NCBI RefSeq assembly: GCF_000284115.1
Contig: NC_017080.1
Coordinates: forward strand, 1,980,001-2,012,000
DNA: 32,000 nt
Reading direction: 5' to 3'
Source: Phycisphaera mikurensis NBRC 102666
GTDB taxonomy: Bacteria > Planctomycetota > Phycisphaerae > Phycisphaerales > Phycisphaeraceae
Below the pieces are notes generated by a model that did no database searches, was not told the DNA's origin, and saw nothing but the letters and a program-made list of their open reading frames with translations. A program made the translations under genes and the position numbers. Shown here piece by piece: positions 6,593 to 15,700 of the stretch (position 1 is its first letter; each line of letters begins with the position of its first letter).

Positions 6593-9019
6593 TCAGCCCA
6601 CGCGACGGCGGCGGAGCACGAGCGTGGCGAGGGCGAGCAGGCCGGCGGCGCCGGGCTCGGGCACGACGGTGAGGGTGGTCAGGGTCGTGGTGCCGCCCAG
6701 CGGCGTGAAGCTCAGGCCCAGGTCCGACGCGGGGGTGCCGGGCTGCACGACCGGGCCGAGGTCGTACGCGCCCACCCGCAGTCCGCCGGCGTCGAAGAAG
6801 GCGACGACGGCGTCGTCGGCCTGCGACGGCGTGGGCGTGACGGGCCCGGGGTCGAGCAGGCGGCCGCTCCGCGAGCCCAGCGCCACCACGCCGAGCCCGT
6901 CGCCGACGCTCAGGACGACCTCCCCGGTGGAGGGGTCGTAGGTGCCCGAAGCGGTGCCGGCCGCGGCGGCCGCGGCAACGCCCGCGGAAGCGGCGTCGGC
7001 GAAGACGCCCGCGGACCGCGACGCCGCGGCGCCCGACGCCGCGCCCACCGTTGCCCCCAGGTTGCCGGCGAGCAGCTGGGCGTCGCCGGTGCCGGTGAAC
7101 ACCTCGGCCACGTCCACGTCGCCGTCGCCGCTGAAGTCGCCGTCCACCCACGCGGCGCCTCCGGTGATCCCCAGGTTGCTCGCGAGGATCTGCGCGTCGC
7201 CGTTCCCGGTGAACACCTCCGCCACGTCCACGTCGCCGTCGAGGTTCGCGTCGCCGATGAGGGCGCGGGTCGCGTGCACGCCGGCGGCGTCGTACGTCAC
7301 CGCCAACGCGGTGCCGTCCTCGAAGGGCGCCTGCGCGACGGTGGCGAAGCGGCCCCCGAGGTCGCCGGCGGCGAGCACGGTGGCCCGCTCGTAGGGCGCA
7401 GGCACGGCTTCGGGGCTCGACGCGGTAAGCTCCAGCCCGCCGGCGAGCGTGGCGGTCCCGCTGGTGGTGAGCACGGCTCCGGGTTCGTCGTGGAACTGGA
7501 CGATCAGGCGGCCGCCGTTGTACTGCTCCAGGTCGCCGCCGCCCAGGTCGTTGACGCCCGCGGCGAGGATCGCCCCGCCGTCGTTGAGCACGTCGCCGGT
7601 GGTCTCGGCGTTGACGAGCAGGAGCTGGCCGAAGTTCTCCACCTCGCGGCCGAAGTCGGCGGTGCTGTCGATGAGGGTGAGGCTCGCGTTGGGGTTGACG
7701 TCCACGCGGCCACCCGCGAACACGCCCAGGTGGCCCTCCCGCACCAGGACCTGAGCGAGGTCATATAGATCGAGAAGCTCGCCCCCCTCCACCCGCCCGC
7801 CCGGCTGGACCTCCAACGAAGCGTCCTCCTCGAGGATGAAGCTCCCGCCGTCGCCGATCCGCACCGTGCCGCCGACCTCAACGGAACCGTCGGGGGCAAC
7901 GGACAGCCCGGCGGCCGCGTCGACGAGGCCGCCGGCGGAGACCCCGAGCGTCGCGTCGGTCCCGAGCGTCACGCCCTCGGGGGAGGTGAGGGTCCCGCCG
8001 ACCCGCATCCCGGCACCGGCGTCCACCGGTGTCCGCAGGTCGCTGTGGAGCTTGCCCGCGACCACCAGCTCTCCGGCGTCGACGCGGAGGCGGCCCACCC
8101 GGCTGTCCTCGCCTGCGAGGGTCAGCGTATAACCGGCATTGTCCACCACCAGCGTGCCGGAGCCGCCGAGGTCGCCGGAGAAGGTCGTCGCCGTGGCGCC
8201 GTTGGAGTGGCTGCCGACGGTGAGGATGGCCGCGGAGCCGGCCAGATCCACCACCCCGGTGCCGCTGAGCGAGGCGATGCGGTCGTCCACCTCGTCGACC
8301 AGGAACGTGCCGTCCGCACGCACGCGGGTCCCGTCGCTGAGGCGGCCGTTGTCGGCCAGCCGGACCGTCCCCGACGCGATGTTCAGCTCCGAGAAGCCGT
8401 TCCCGCTGCCCCGCAGGTGGACCCTGGACGTCTCGGGCAGGTCCACCGTCACCGTCTGCCCCGGGGCGATCAGGTTCCGGTTGAAGAAGACGGCGCCGCC
8501 CGAGAGCGTCGGTTCCCTGGCGGTGCGCCGGAAGCCGATCGTGATCCCGCGGTCGTAGGAGTGAACCGGGCGTTCGAAGCCCAGGACGCCGGGCTTGCTG
8601 AGCCAGATGCCGAAGTCTTCGGCGCCTCCGCCGACGACGTCGAGCCGCGTGTAGAAGCGGTTGCGGGCGGCGTGGTTCAGGTAGATCTCGTCCGTGATGC
8701 CCAGCCGGCCGTCGCCGCGGAGATCGAAGCCCGGCTCGCCCGCCTCGCCGGAGAAGGTGACCCGGTCGACGGTGTACGCCAAGTTGACGTCGACCTGGTA
8801 CCGCTCCGTCGCGATGCCCGCCTGGAAGACCGCCGCCTGGTCGAGATCGGACGACTCGGCGCGCCTGGGGTATTGCTGGTCGCCCCAGTTGCGGTTGAGG
8901 TTCCATGCGGCGCTGTTGTCGTCCCACCCCGTCCAGGTCACGGCCTCGGCGGTCTCGATGCAGAAGCTTGCTTGGAGGAAGGCGGCGGCGAGGGGAAGCA
9001 GGCGTCGGTCAATCGGCAC
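6593..9019 (-). CDS. Secreted surface protein: autotransporter-associated beta-strand (PATR)-type repeats, two dockerin/EF-hand-like repeats, and a PEP-CTERM anchor.
   Basis: GTG at 9019 is preceded by AGGAGG. Signal peptide RRLLPLAAAFLQASFCIETAEA. PATR-like stretches SGTGVVDLAGSAAILTV...GSGTLVVDNAGYTLTLAG...AGELVVAG. Repeats GDANLDGDVDVAEVFTGNGDAQILASNLG and DGDFSGDGDVDVAEVFTGTGDAQLLAGNLG. C-terminus VPEPGAAGLLALATLVLRRRRVG. The tracked 1199-aa ORF is an upstream read-through. Confidence 0.8.
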   Translation of the reverse strand: MPIDRRLLPLAAAFLQASFCIETAEAVTWTGWDDNSAAWNLNRNWGDQQYPRRAESSDLDQAAVFQAGIATERYQVDVNLAYTVDRVTFSGEAGEPGFDLRGDGRLGITDEIYLNHAARNRFYTRLDVVGGGAEDFGIWLSKPGVLGFERPVHSYDRGITIGFRRTAREPTLSGGAVFFNRNLIAPGQTVTVDLPETSRVHLRGSGNGFSELNIASGTVRLADNGRLSDGTRVRADGTFLVDEVDDRIASLSGTGVVDLAGSAAILTVGSHSNGATATTFSGDLGGSGTLVVDNAGYTLTLAGEDSRVGRLRVDAGELVVAGKLHSDLRTPVDAGAGMRVGGTLTSPEGVTLGTDATLGVSAGGLVDAAAGLSVAPDGSVEVGGTVRIGDGGSFILEEDASLEVQPGGRVEGGELLDLYDLAQVLVREGHLGVFAGGRVDVNPNASLTLIDSTADFGREVENFGQLLLVNAETTGDVLNDGGAILAAGVNDLGGGDLEQYNGGRLIVQFHDEPGAVLTTSGTATLAGGLELTASSPEAVPAPYERATVLAAGDLGGRFATVAQAPFEDGTALAVTYDAAGVHATRALIGDANLDGDVDVAEVFTGNGDAQILASNLGITGGAAWVDGDFSGDGDVDVAEVFTGTGDAQLLAGNLGATVGAASGAAASRSAGVFADAASAGVAAAAAAGTASGTYDPSTGEVVLSVGDGLGVVALGSRSGRLLDPGPVTPTPSQADDAVVAFFDAGGLRVGAYDLGPVVQPGTPASDLGLSFTPLGGTTTLTTLTVVPEPGAAGLLALATLVLRRRRVG

Positions 9020-9028
9020 GGAAGGGTT

Positions 9029-9034
9029 CCTCCT
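9029..9034 (-). promoter_or_regulatory. Shine-Dalgarno sequence of the PEP-CTERM gene.
   Basis: The minus strand reads AGGAGG-aacccttcc-GTG, a 9-nt spacer to the GTG at 9019. Confidence 0.6.
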
Positions 9035-9500
9035 GCGGCCTCGGGCGAGGCTCGGATCGGGTGAAAGGGACGGGATGGGTCGGGCGCGTGGCCGCGAGAC
9101 GCGAGAGCGTCTCCCCGAGCCTCGGCCGGCCCACGCGGAGACGGTGGTGGTGTCGGAGCGGCCATCGCGTGTGCATGCCAGCCTCTTTCCCGGGTCCATT
9201 GGCGCGACCCCGCGGGTGGAAGCTACCAGACCCTTCGCCGGAGGAAAAGTCGATGGGGCGCTGGATCGAGCACTTGTCATCCGCAGGACCGAGCGGAGCG
9301 CGGATCGGCGGAGGCGACAGCGTGCCCCGCGGACACCCCGCGCCGATCGTCGCCCACGCGCCGCGCCTCGGCTGCCTGCGCCAGCCGCTCCGCAATGCGA
9401 GGCGGGCCGCTCGAACGCCGCCGGTGCCCGCGCTCGAGCCCGCCCCGCGGCAGCCGTCTGGTTTCCGCCTGGGCTGCGCCCCCCGGCGAGGGAGGCGGAC

Positions 9501-9546
9501 CCGCGGACCGCGCCCGAACACGCCGCGGAACGGTGACGGTCCGCGG
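9501..9546. repeat. REP-2 hairpin, copy in duplication unit 1.
   Basis: CCGCGGACCG (9501-9510) pairs with CGGTCCGCGG (9537-9546). It lies immediately 3' (minus sense) of the FN3-like fragment stop. Confidence 0.7.
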
Positions 9547-9578
9547 CGCCGAAGGTTTTCTTGTGCTTCGAGGAAGGG

Positions 9579-9836
9579 TTACGCGGCGATGCGGAGGGGG
9601 GCGGCGTCCGCGGCCGCGTTGGCGACGAAGCGGAGGATGCCCGGCTCGCTCCAGCCGCTCTGGCGGGTGCCGCGGGCGGCGCGGACCTGGTAGGCCACCT
9701 GCTGGGTGCCCGAGGGCACCGAGTCGTCGGTGAAGGGCCGGCCCGTGTTGTAGGCCAGCGCCGTCCAAGGCCCGGCGTCGCCGGCGGCGTCGATGGGCTG
9801 GCGCTGCGGCTGCGGTGTCCAGGCCCCGGCGAACAG
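9579..9836 (-). pseudogene. Truncated FN3-like gene fragment, copy 1, with no start codon.
   Basis: It encodes ...WTPQPQRQPIDAAGDAGPWTALAYNTGRPFTDDSVPSGTQQVAYQVRAARGTRQSGWSEPGILRFVANAAADAAPLRIAA*. This frame is closed upstream by the copy-2 stop at 9930-9932 and has no ATG or GTG. It is homologous to the C-terminus of 17059..17742. Confidence 0.6.
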
Positions 9837-9851
9837 GCGAGGGAGGCGGAC

Positions 9852-9897
9852 CCGCGGACCGCGCCCGAAAACGCCGCGGAACGGTGACGGTCCGCGG
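9852..9897. repeat. REP-2 hairpin, copy in duplication unit 2.
   Basis: Same sequence as 9501-9546, shifted by 351 bp. Confidence 0.7.
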
Positions 9898-9929
9898 CGC
9901 CGAAGGTTTTCTTGTGCTTCGAGGAAGGG

Positions 9930-10223
9930 TTACGCGGCGATGCGGAGGGGGGCGGCGTCCGCGGCCGCGTTGGCGACGAAGCGGAGGATGCCCGGCTCGC
10001 TCCAGCCGCTCTGGCGGGTGCCGCGGGCGGCGCGGACCTGGTAGGCCACCTGCTGGGTGCCCGAGGGCACCGAGTCGTCGGTGAAGGGCCGGCCCGTGTT
10101 GTGGGCCAGCGCCGTCCAGGGCCCGGCGTCGCCGGCGGCGTCGATGGGCTGGCGCTGCGGCTGCGGTGTCCAGGCCCCGGCGAACAGTTCATTCCATTCC
10201 ATCATTGGACGTATGGACCGCAT
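9930..10223 (-). pseudogene. Truncated FN3-like gene fragment, copy 2. The 97-aa ORF borrows ATG codons from inside the OLD gene 3' end.
   Basis: The ORF is MRSIRPMMEWNELFAGAWTPQPQ...LRIAA*. Homology to the 227-aa paralog begins mid-domain at about WTPQPQ. The first 12 codons overlap 10189-10223 of the OLD CDS in another frame. Confidence 0.5.
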
Positions 10224-12666
10224 CAGCCAGCGTAGTCAACGATGCTCTTACGTCCGTCAGCTCAAGCGCATCGTCTGAACTGCGCTCGTTAAGTTTGAAG
10301 GTCGATCGTGTCTCTAGGATGGCCGCTCGATAACGGTCTGCTTCAGCAGTGTCGTCGAGAAGAGCCTCTATAGCCTCCAAAGTTTGGATCAACAGTCCTG
10401 CTGATACAGGATCCTTGAGGCGGCCGGCCACAGAGTTACATTCCCGCTTAATCCGCCGGTCAAGACGTTCTTCGTTGAGTAAGCGAACTGCGACCCGGCG
10501 CTTCCACTCAATAGCAGTAATGAGTTTGCTAAATCTTTCCAGGGTGGCTGAACGTGCAGATCTGAATGCGTCCGAGTCAAGGTCCAACCCGTTTGGCTGC
10601 TCTGCACACTCAAGAACGGCAACGACCTCCTTTGCCATACCGAGCTTGTCAAGATCCCGCTCCGGTTCACCTCCAGAGCGAGCGACCGCTCTATAAACCT
10701 CCTGAAAGCTAAGAGTCCGCGAATCGCCGTCTTCGGCTGCCGGAACACTAGACAGCAGATTGTCTCTAGCGACATCAATAAAGTTTGCGAAGTAAGACCA
10801 CGCTGCGCAGAAAGCAATCAAGGGGTCGATGAGAGACTCGATATCGGTAAAGGACGCAGTAGTTTTGCTGCTTGACTCCATCTCATCGTGATCTTGTGAG
10901 TTTAGAACATCAGCGATCGTCATCACAAACTCCTCCGCAATCTTCGCTCTTCCTTTTCCTCCTCTTTTGAGTGCCCGTGCCACCTGCTTACCCTCAGGAT
11001 CTGAGTCAAGGAGCACTAGCGCGGCAGGCTTCTCAATATCGCGTCCCCGCGCTAAATGAAGAAGATACTCAATGTGAGAAGCTGATCCGGCAGGCACAAT
11101 CGTCATCGAATTCAGGTTGAGCTGCCGTAGAGAGTCCTTCATCATAGAAGCCAATACACGGTTCACGCCGGCGATGTATACTTGGTCGGATATACCTTCA
11201 ACAAAAAGGTTGCAGTTGCCGATGAAGGCGGTTTCTGCGGTGAATGCGCCGATAGATGATCGGAGCGGTTCGTAATGGTTGCGGCTGGCGTTAGATACAA
11301 CCCGTGTTCCTTCAGCCATGGCACCCTTGTCTACCACACGGATCGCGTGCGCCTTGTTCTTATCGATCAGGTATGGCGAGTGGGTCACCATGAGGACTTG
11401 CATTTTAGGTCTGCCGAGACCCCCGTTGGAGAAGTCGTCGAGGATCTTTAAGAGATCCTGCTGCGCACTAGCCGAAAGGTAAGCATCGGGCTCATCCATC
11501 AGCAAAACTTCAGGTCTCCCATCTGGATTCACGTGAGTTAGATACTGGGCATAATATGCAAGGAAGTGCTTCAGCCCGCTAGATCGCTCGTCGAACGAGT
11601 AGGTCGTACCGGTTCGGTCCCTGATCACGAAAGCTAGATCAGTTTCCCGCAGGCTCAGCTCGATTCGGAAGTCCTTGTCCTGCGCCCACACATTCGGGAA
11701 ATCGAGACATTCATCGAGTTCGCGGTTGATGGTCGACATCACGCCGTCCGCATAACCTTCTTTGTTTCCCTCGACCGATCTCATGACCTCGCCGAAAGCT
11801 TTGGCGTCGATGCCTGCTGCTTTGAGCAGAAGGTCTCGTGCCAATCGCATATCAGCTTCTTTCGATCGTTCCTCATACTGGATCGCATCGACTAAGTTCT
11901 TGACTGCTGCCGGTATAGCTGCTGCGGGACTTGTTTTTTTGCTAGCGTCGTATGCGGCCAGAGCGAGCTTAGCCCCCTCGCCTTCTGCCTCGATTAGGCG
12001 ACGGCTTTCCCGCGTCAGCCTCGATGGAACCTGTTCCGCCTCGCCGTCGACAAGAAATCTTACGCTCAATGTGTCGGGAAGTTCCGCTTGTTCTCTGAGC
12101 CTGATAGTCCGAGGCAACAACTTTCGGAAAGATGCCGCCTTCTTTGCATCCAGCTTGACTTCCTCAAAGCCATCCTCTCCCGCTCTGTAGAGGTCCAGCC
12201 CTGCACCCTGCCCTGTGAAAAAGTAGATCCGTCCTGATCGAGTGCTGCTCGCCTCTTGTTTCTTGCCAAAGTACTGTGCCTCAAGCTCATTGGCATTATG
12301 CATCTCAACACCAAACTCGGGCTTCGCCATCATCCCAGTCTTTGCAGAGAAGAAAGGGGAGTATCGACAGAAATCCTCATGCTTAATTCCGTCGCCGGAA
12401 AGTGCAATCTCGATTGCTCGAAGTAGCTGGCTTTTGCCTGACTCATTCGCTCCAACGATGGTGGTAATCTCTTTCTCAAGAGAGATCCGAACGTGCGGGA
12501 ACCACTCGTCGCGAAACATTTCCCACGCTCTTGGTCTGGCAGAAGTTTGACTTTTCTTGAGGTAATCAAAATTAAACGATTTATAGAATCGCACATAGAT
12601 GGCCTTGAGGAGAATCGGGCTGTCGCCGGCTCTTCCATCTATCTCAGCTTCGTTGTGTTCAGGCAT
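10189..12666 (-). CDS. OLD-family ABC-ATPase + Toprim nuclease (class-1 OLD-like or fused PARIS AriA-AriB-like), 825 aa.
   Basis: Walker A GANESGKS (nt 12430-12453), signature-like SSGLKHFLAYY, Walker B EVLLMDEPDAYLS, H-loop MVTHSP, Toprim NLFVEGISDQVYI and LVLLDSDPEGK, plus a ~235-aa helical C-terminal extension. GC is about 45-50% against about 70% in the flanks. Confidence 0.85.
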   Translation of the reverse strand: MPEHNEAEIDGRAGDSPILLKAIYVRFYKSFNFDYLKKSQTSARPRAWEMFRDEWFPHVRISLEKEITTIVGANESGKSQLLRAIEIALSGDGIKHEDFCRYSPFFSAKTGMMAKPEFGVEMHNANELEAQYFGKKQEASSTRSGRIYFFTGQGAGLDLYRAGEDGFEEVKLDAKKAASFRKLLPRTIRLREQAELPDTLSVRFLVDGEAEQVPSRLTRESRRLIEAEGEGAKLALAAYDASKKTSPAAAIPAAVKNLVDAIQYEERSKEADMRLARDLLLKAAGIDAKAFGEVMRSVEGNKEGYADGVMSTINRELDECLDFPNVWAQDKDFRIELSLRETDLAFVIRDRTGTTYSFDERSSGLKHFLAYYAQYLTHVNPDGRPEVLLMDEPDAYLSASAQQDLLKILDDFSNGGLGRPKMQVLMVTHSPYLIDKNKAHAIRVVDKGAMAEGTRVVSNASRNHYEPLRSSIGAFTAETAFIGNCNLFVEGISDQVYIAGVNRVLASMMKDSLRQLNLNSMTIVPAGSASHIEYLLHLARGRDIEKPAALVLLDSDPEGKQVARALKRGGKGRAKIAEEFVMTIADVLNSQDHDEMESSSKTTASFTDIESLIDPLIAFCAAWSYFANFIDVARDNLLSSVPAAEDGDSRTLSFQEVYRAVARSGGEPERDLDKLGMAKEVVAVLECAEQPNGLDLDSDAFRSARSATLERFSKLITAIEWKRRVAVRLLNEERLDRRIKRECNSVAGRLKDPVSAGLLIQTLEAIEALLDDTAEADRYRAAILETRSTFKLNERSSDDALELTDVRASLTTLADAVHTSNDGME

Positions 12667-12711
12667 ACTCGGACCGAATGCTTTCTGAGGATTGAGAATG
12701 ACACTAGGTTG

Positions 12712-15700
12712 TCAGGCGGCAAACTTGACTTGCCCGCTCAAGTCAGCGTCTCCTTTGGTGGCCAGGCCGAGGGAGGTGAGGGTTTCGCAGATCTCGGTGA
12801 TCTGGGCGAGGCGGGTTTTGGCGGTGGGGAAGGAGGCGGCGAGGGCTTCGGGGGTGAGGGGGGTGGGGCTGGCGGTGAGGAGGTCGCGGAGGATGGCGGT
12901 CTGGGCGGGGAGGGTGTCGGGCCAGCGGAGCTTCTTTCCGCTGGGCTTCTTGGGGGCGGGGGCGTCGGGGAGGTCGAGGGTGGTCTGCTGCTCGGTGGTG
13001 GCTTCCTTCCCCTGCGGGTTCTGAAAGTCGGGGCGGAGCCAGCGGACGTGGCCGGTGGCTTCTTCGGCGGCGCGTTCGGCGTTGAGGGCGACGAGGCGTT
13101 CGAGGAGGGGCTCGTCGATGTCGTCGCCGCGCTGGTGGCGGTTCCAGAGGTCGGACCAGCCGTAGGCGGCGAAGACGGCGGCGTCGAGGTCGTCGTGGAG
13201 CTGCTTCAGGACGGAGACGAGGCCTTGCTCGTGGGTGAGCTTCTCCTTGGCGGTGAGAGGCTCGCCGGAGCGGAGCTTCTCCAGGACGTTGTAGACGTTG
13301 GTGAGGGTGAGCTTGGGGTGGGCGGCCTGCTGACGCTTGCGGTGGGTGTCCAGTCGCTCCGCAACGGCCGCGACTTGGTCCAGCTGATCTTTCTCCTTGT
13401 CAGGAAATGGGAAGCGGTTGAGACAGTCAGCATGGTTGTACGTCGAGTCGTTGCCGACGCCGAGCCATCCGCCGATCCAGGTCGCGAAGTTTGTGTGGAT
13501 TACCGACGAGAGGATCCCGAGCGTTGAGGCACGCTGGTCGGCGATGGCCACAACCTTGGCGTCGGGCAGCGTCGATTCATCAGCGAAGGCGAAGACGCGG
13601 TGCTTGGCTGTGCGGCAGGTGCCGATCCAGCGAGGAAGACCCGCAAGTGCCCGACGGAACTTCAACCTGGGCTCCGCGAAGATCCACCACTCGCGGCGGT
13701 ACTTCTTTCGAGTGTTCTGGTCTCGGTCCGGCTTCACGCGTTCGACGATCCACTGATAAGCCTCAGGATGACCGTCCTGAAGCGTTTCATCGGTCTCGCC
13801 GCTTGCATCCAAGACGTACCGCCCGGTCGGAACCTGCATCAAGTCGCGTCCGTTGATGTAACGCCGAATCAATGCTTCCCTTGTGGCCGCTGGAAACTGA
13901 TCAAGGTCTGCTTCCTCAACAACAAAGCCCATCCCGGACAGCTGGACGCCCGGGCAGGCGAGGCCCTGATTCGCCTTCAACTGGACCGCCGAGGACTTAC
14001 TCACCCCGATGGTTAGGCCGGCGTTGATCGATCCTGTCGTCTGCTGGAGGTCTTCACCCGCTTCCGTAGTCGACAGAACCCCATCGCCGGTACGTCGATC
14101 GACGACAGTCATCGCGACCCGAACGGCAGCAGCGCCTGCTTCATCCGTCCAGGGGTGGTCAGAGATCGCGAAGGCATACCCGATTTCATGGTCCGGCCCG
14201 ACCAACGTGGAAATGATCCGGCGATTGAACGGCTGCGAGATGCTGTTCGTGGTGATGAGTCCGAACGCTCTGAGCTTCTCCGCTTTGACCGCCTCGGCGC
14301 ACCTCAGCCACCAGTAGAGCACGAAGTCGAGACCATTCCCGTAGTCCGAGTAGGTCGCCCGAAGAGCATCCACGTAACCGCTCCCCAGAGCAGCGCGCAT
14401 CTTCTTGTCCCCGATGAACGGCGGATTCCCGACGACGAAGTCCGCCTCCGGCCACTCCGCCTTCCGCGGGTTCACGTACGTGTACGTCACCTCCCGCGCA
14501 GTCTCGTCCGGCACGTCCTCGCCGGTGACCGGGTGCTTCTTCGTCGTGCGGCCGTCCCAGCGGGTGACGGGCTGGCCTTGCTCGTCGGTGACGAGCTTCT
14601 TCTCGTCGTAGGCGAGCACGGCGTCGCGGTTCTCGATGTTGGCAAAGGCCTGGAGGATCGGCTCGGAGGGGGTGGTGCCGCGGTGGGTGCGGTGGTGCCA
14701 CTGGAGGTGACCGATCCACAGGACCAGGTCGGCGATGGCGGCGGCGCGCGGGTTGAGCTCGATGCCCTTGAGCAGGTGCGGGTCGACGGTGATGCCGGCG
14801 CTCTCGAGTTCCAGCGGGGTCTGACCGCCGAGGTCGAAGAGGGTCTGGCGGACCTCGGCCTCCAGCCGCTTCATGTGCTCGAGGGTGACGTAGAGGAAGT
14901 TGCCGCTGCCGCAGGCCGGGTCGAGCACGGTGGTGTTGCACAGCTCGTGGAGGAAGTCGTCGACGGCGCGGCGGGCCTGCTTGGGCTTGCCCAGGCGGTC
15001 GAGGGTGAGGGCCGCGGCCTGGGCGTTGCTCCACCGCTCACGGAGCGGCTCGATGACCGTGGGCAGCACCAGCCGCTCGACGTAAGCCCGCGGCGTGTAG
15101 TGGGCGCCGAGCTTGTGACGCTCCCGCGGGTCGAGGGCACGCTCCAGGAGGGTGCCGAAGATGGCGGGCTCCACGTCGCTCCAATCCTGCTCGGCGGCGT
15201 CGATGAGCAGCTTGAGCTGGTCGGCGTCGAGGGGGATGGCGTGGCACTCGGCGAACAGGCCGCCGTTGAAGCGGAGCACGGGCGCTTCGAGGGCGGCGGA
15301 CACGCCGCCGGTGTTCATCTCCTTCCACAGGCTCTCGACCAGCGGGGCGAACAGCTCGGGCTTGTGCTCGATCCGCTTCAGGAAGGACGTGAAGGACTCT
15401 TTGGGGATCAGGTCGATGTCTTCCGCGAAGAGCGTGAAGAGCACGCGCATCAGGAAGTGAGCGACGACCTCGGCGTTTTGGCCGGTCTTCTCCAGCGAGC
15501 GGGAGAGCTTGGCGAGCCGTGCGGCGATGTCGCGGGTGACCTTCGCGCTGCGTTTGGCGGGGTCGAGGTCGAGCGGGTCCGTCCAGGCGGTGGCGAGCAG
15601 CTGGCGGGTCTTCTCGTCGGCCAGCTGCTCGAAGCGGATGCGGTGGCTGGAAGGATCCGGGAAGGGGGTGTACGTGCGGCCGAGGCGGGAGAAGTCGCTG

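Larger units (their letters stand above)
9486..10187. repeat. Tandem duplication, 2 x 351 bp, about 99% identical.
   Basis: Unit 9486-9836 repeats at 9837-10187 with 3 mismatches that I could find (9519/9870 c/a, and two in GTTGTAGGCC...CCAAGG vs GTTGTGGGCC...CCAGGG). CCCCGGCGA microhomology occurs at 9481, 9824 and 10175. Confidence 0.95.

Noticed and set aside
9501-9546. Integron attC sites, considered because hairpins follow single promoterless-looking genes.
   Set aside because: No GTTRRRY / RYYYAAC core sites occur at the hairpin ends. There is no intI gene or attI in the window. The stems are perfect GC palindromes rather than attC-type imperfect repeats with extrahelical bases.
9020-10192. 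The N-terminal extension of the PEP-CTERM ORF (tracked as 6593..10192).
   Set aside because: The extension runs through the 351-bp duplication and REP sequence in a Pro/Ser/Arg-rich frame. A GTG with a strong AGGAGG and a signal peptide at 9019 gives a far better start.
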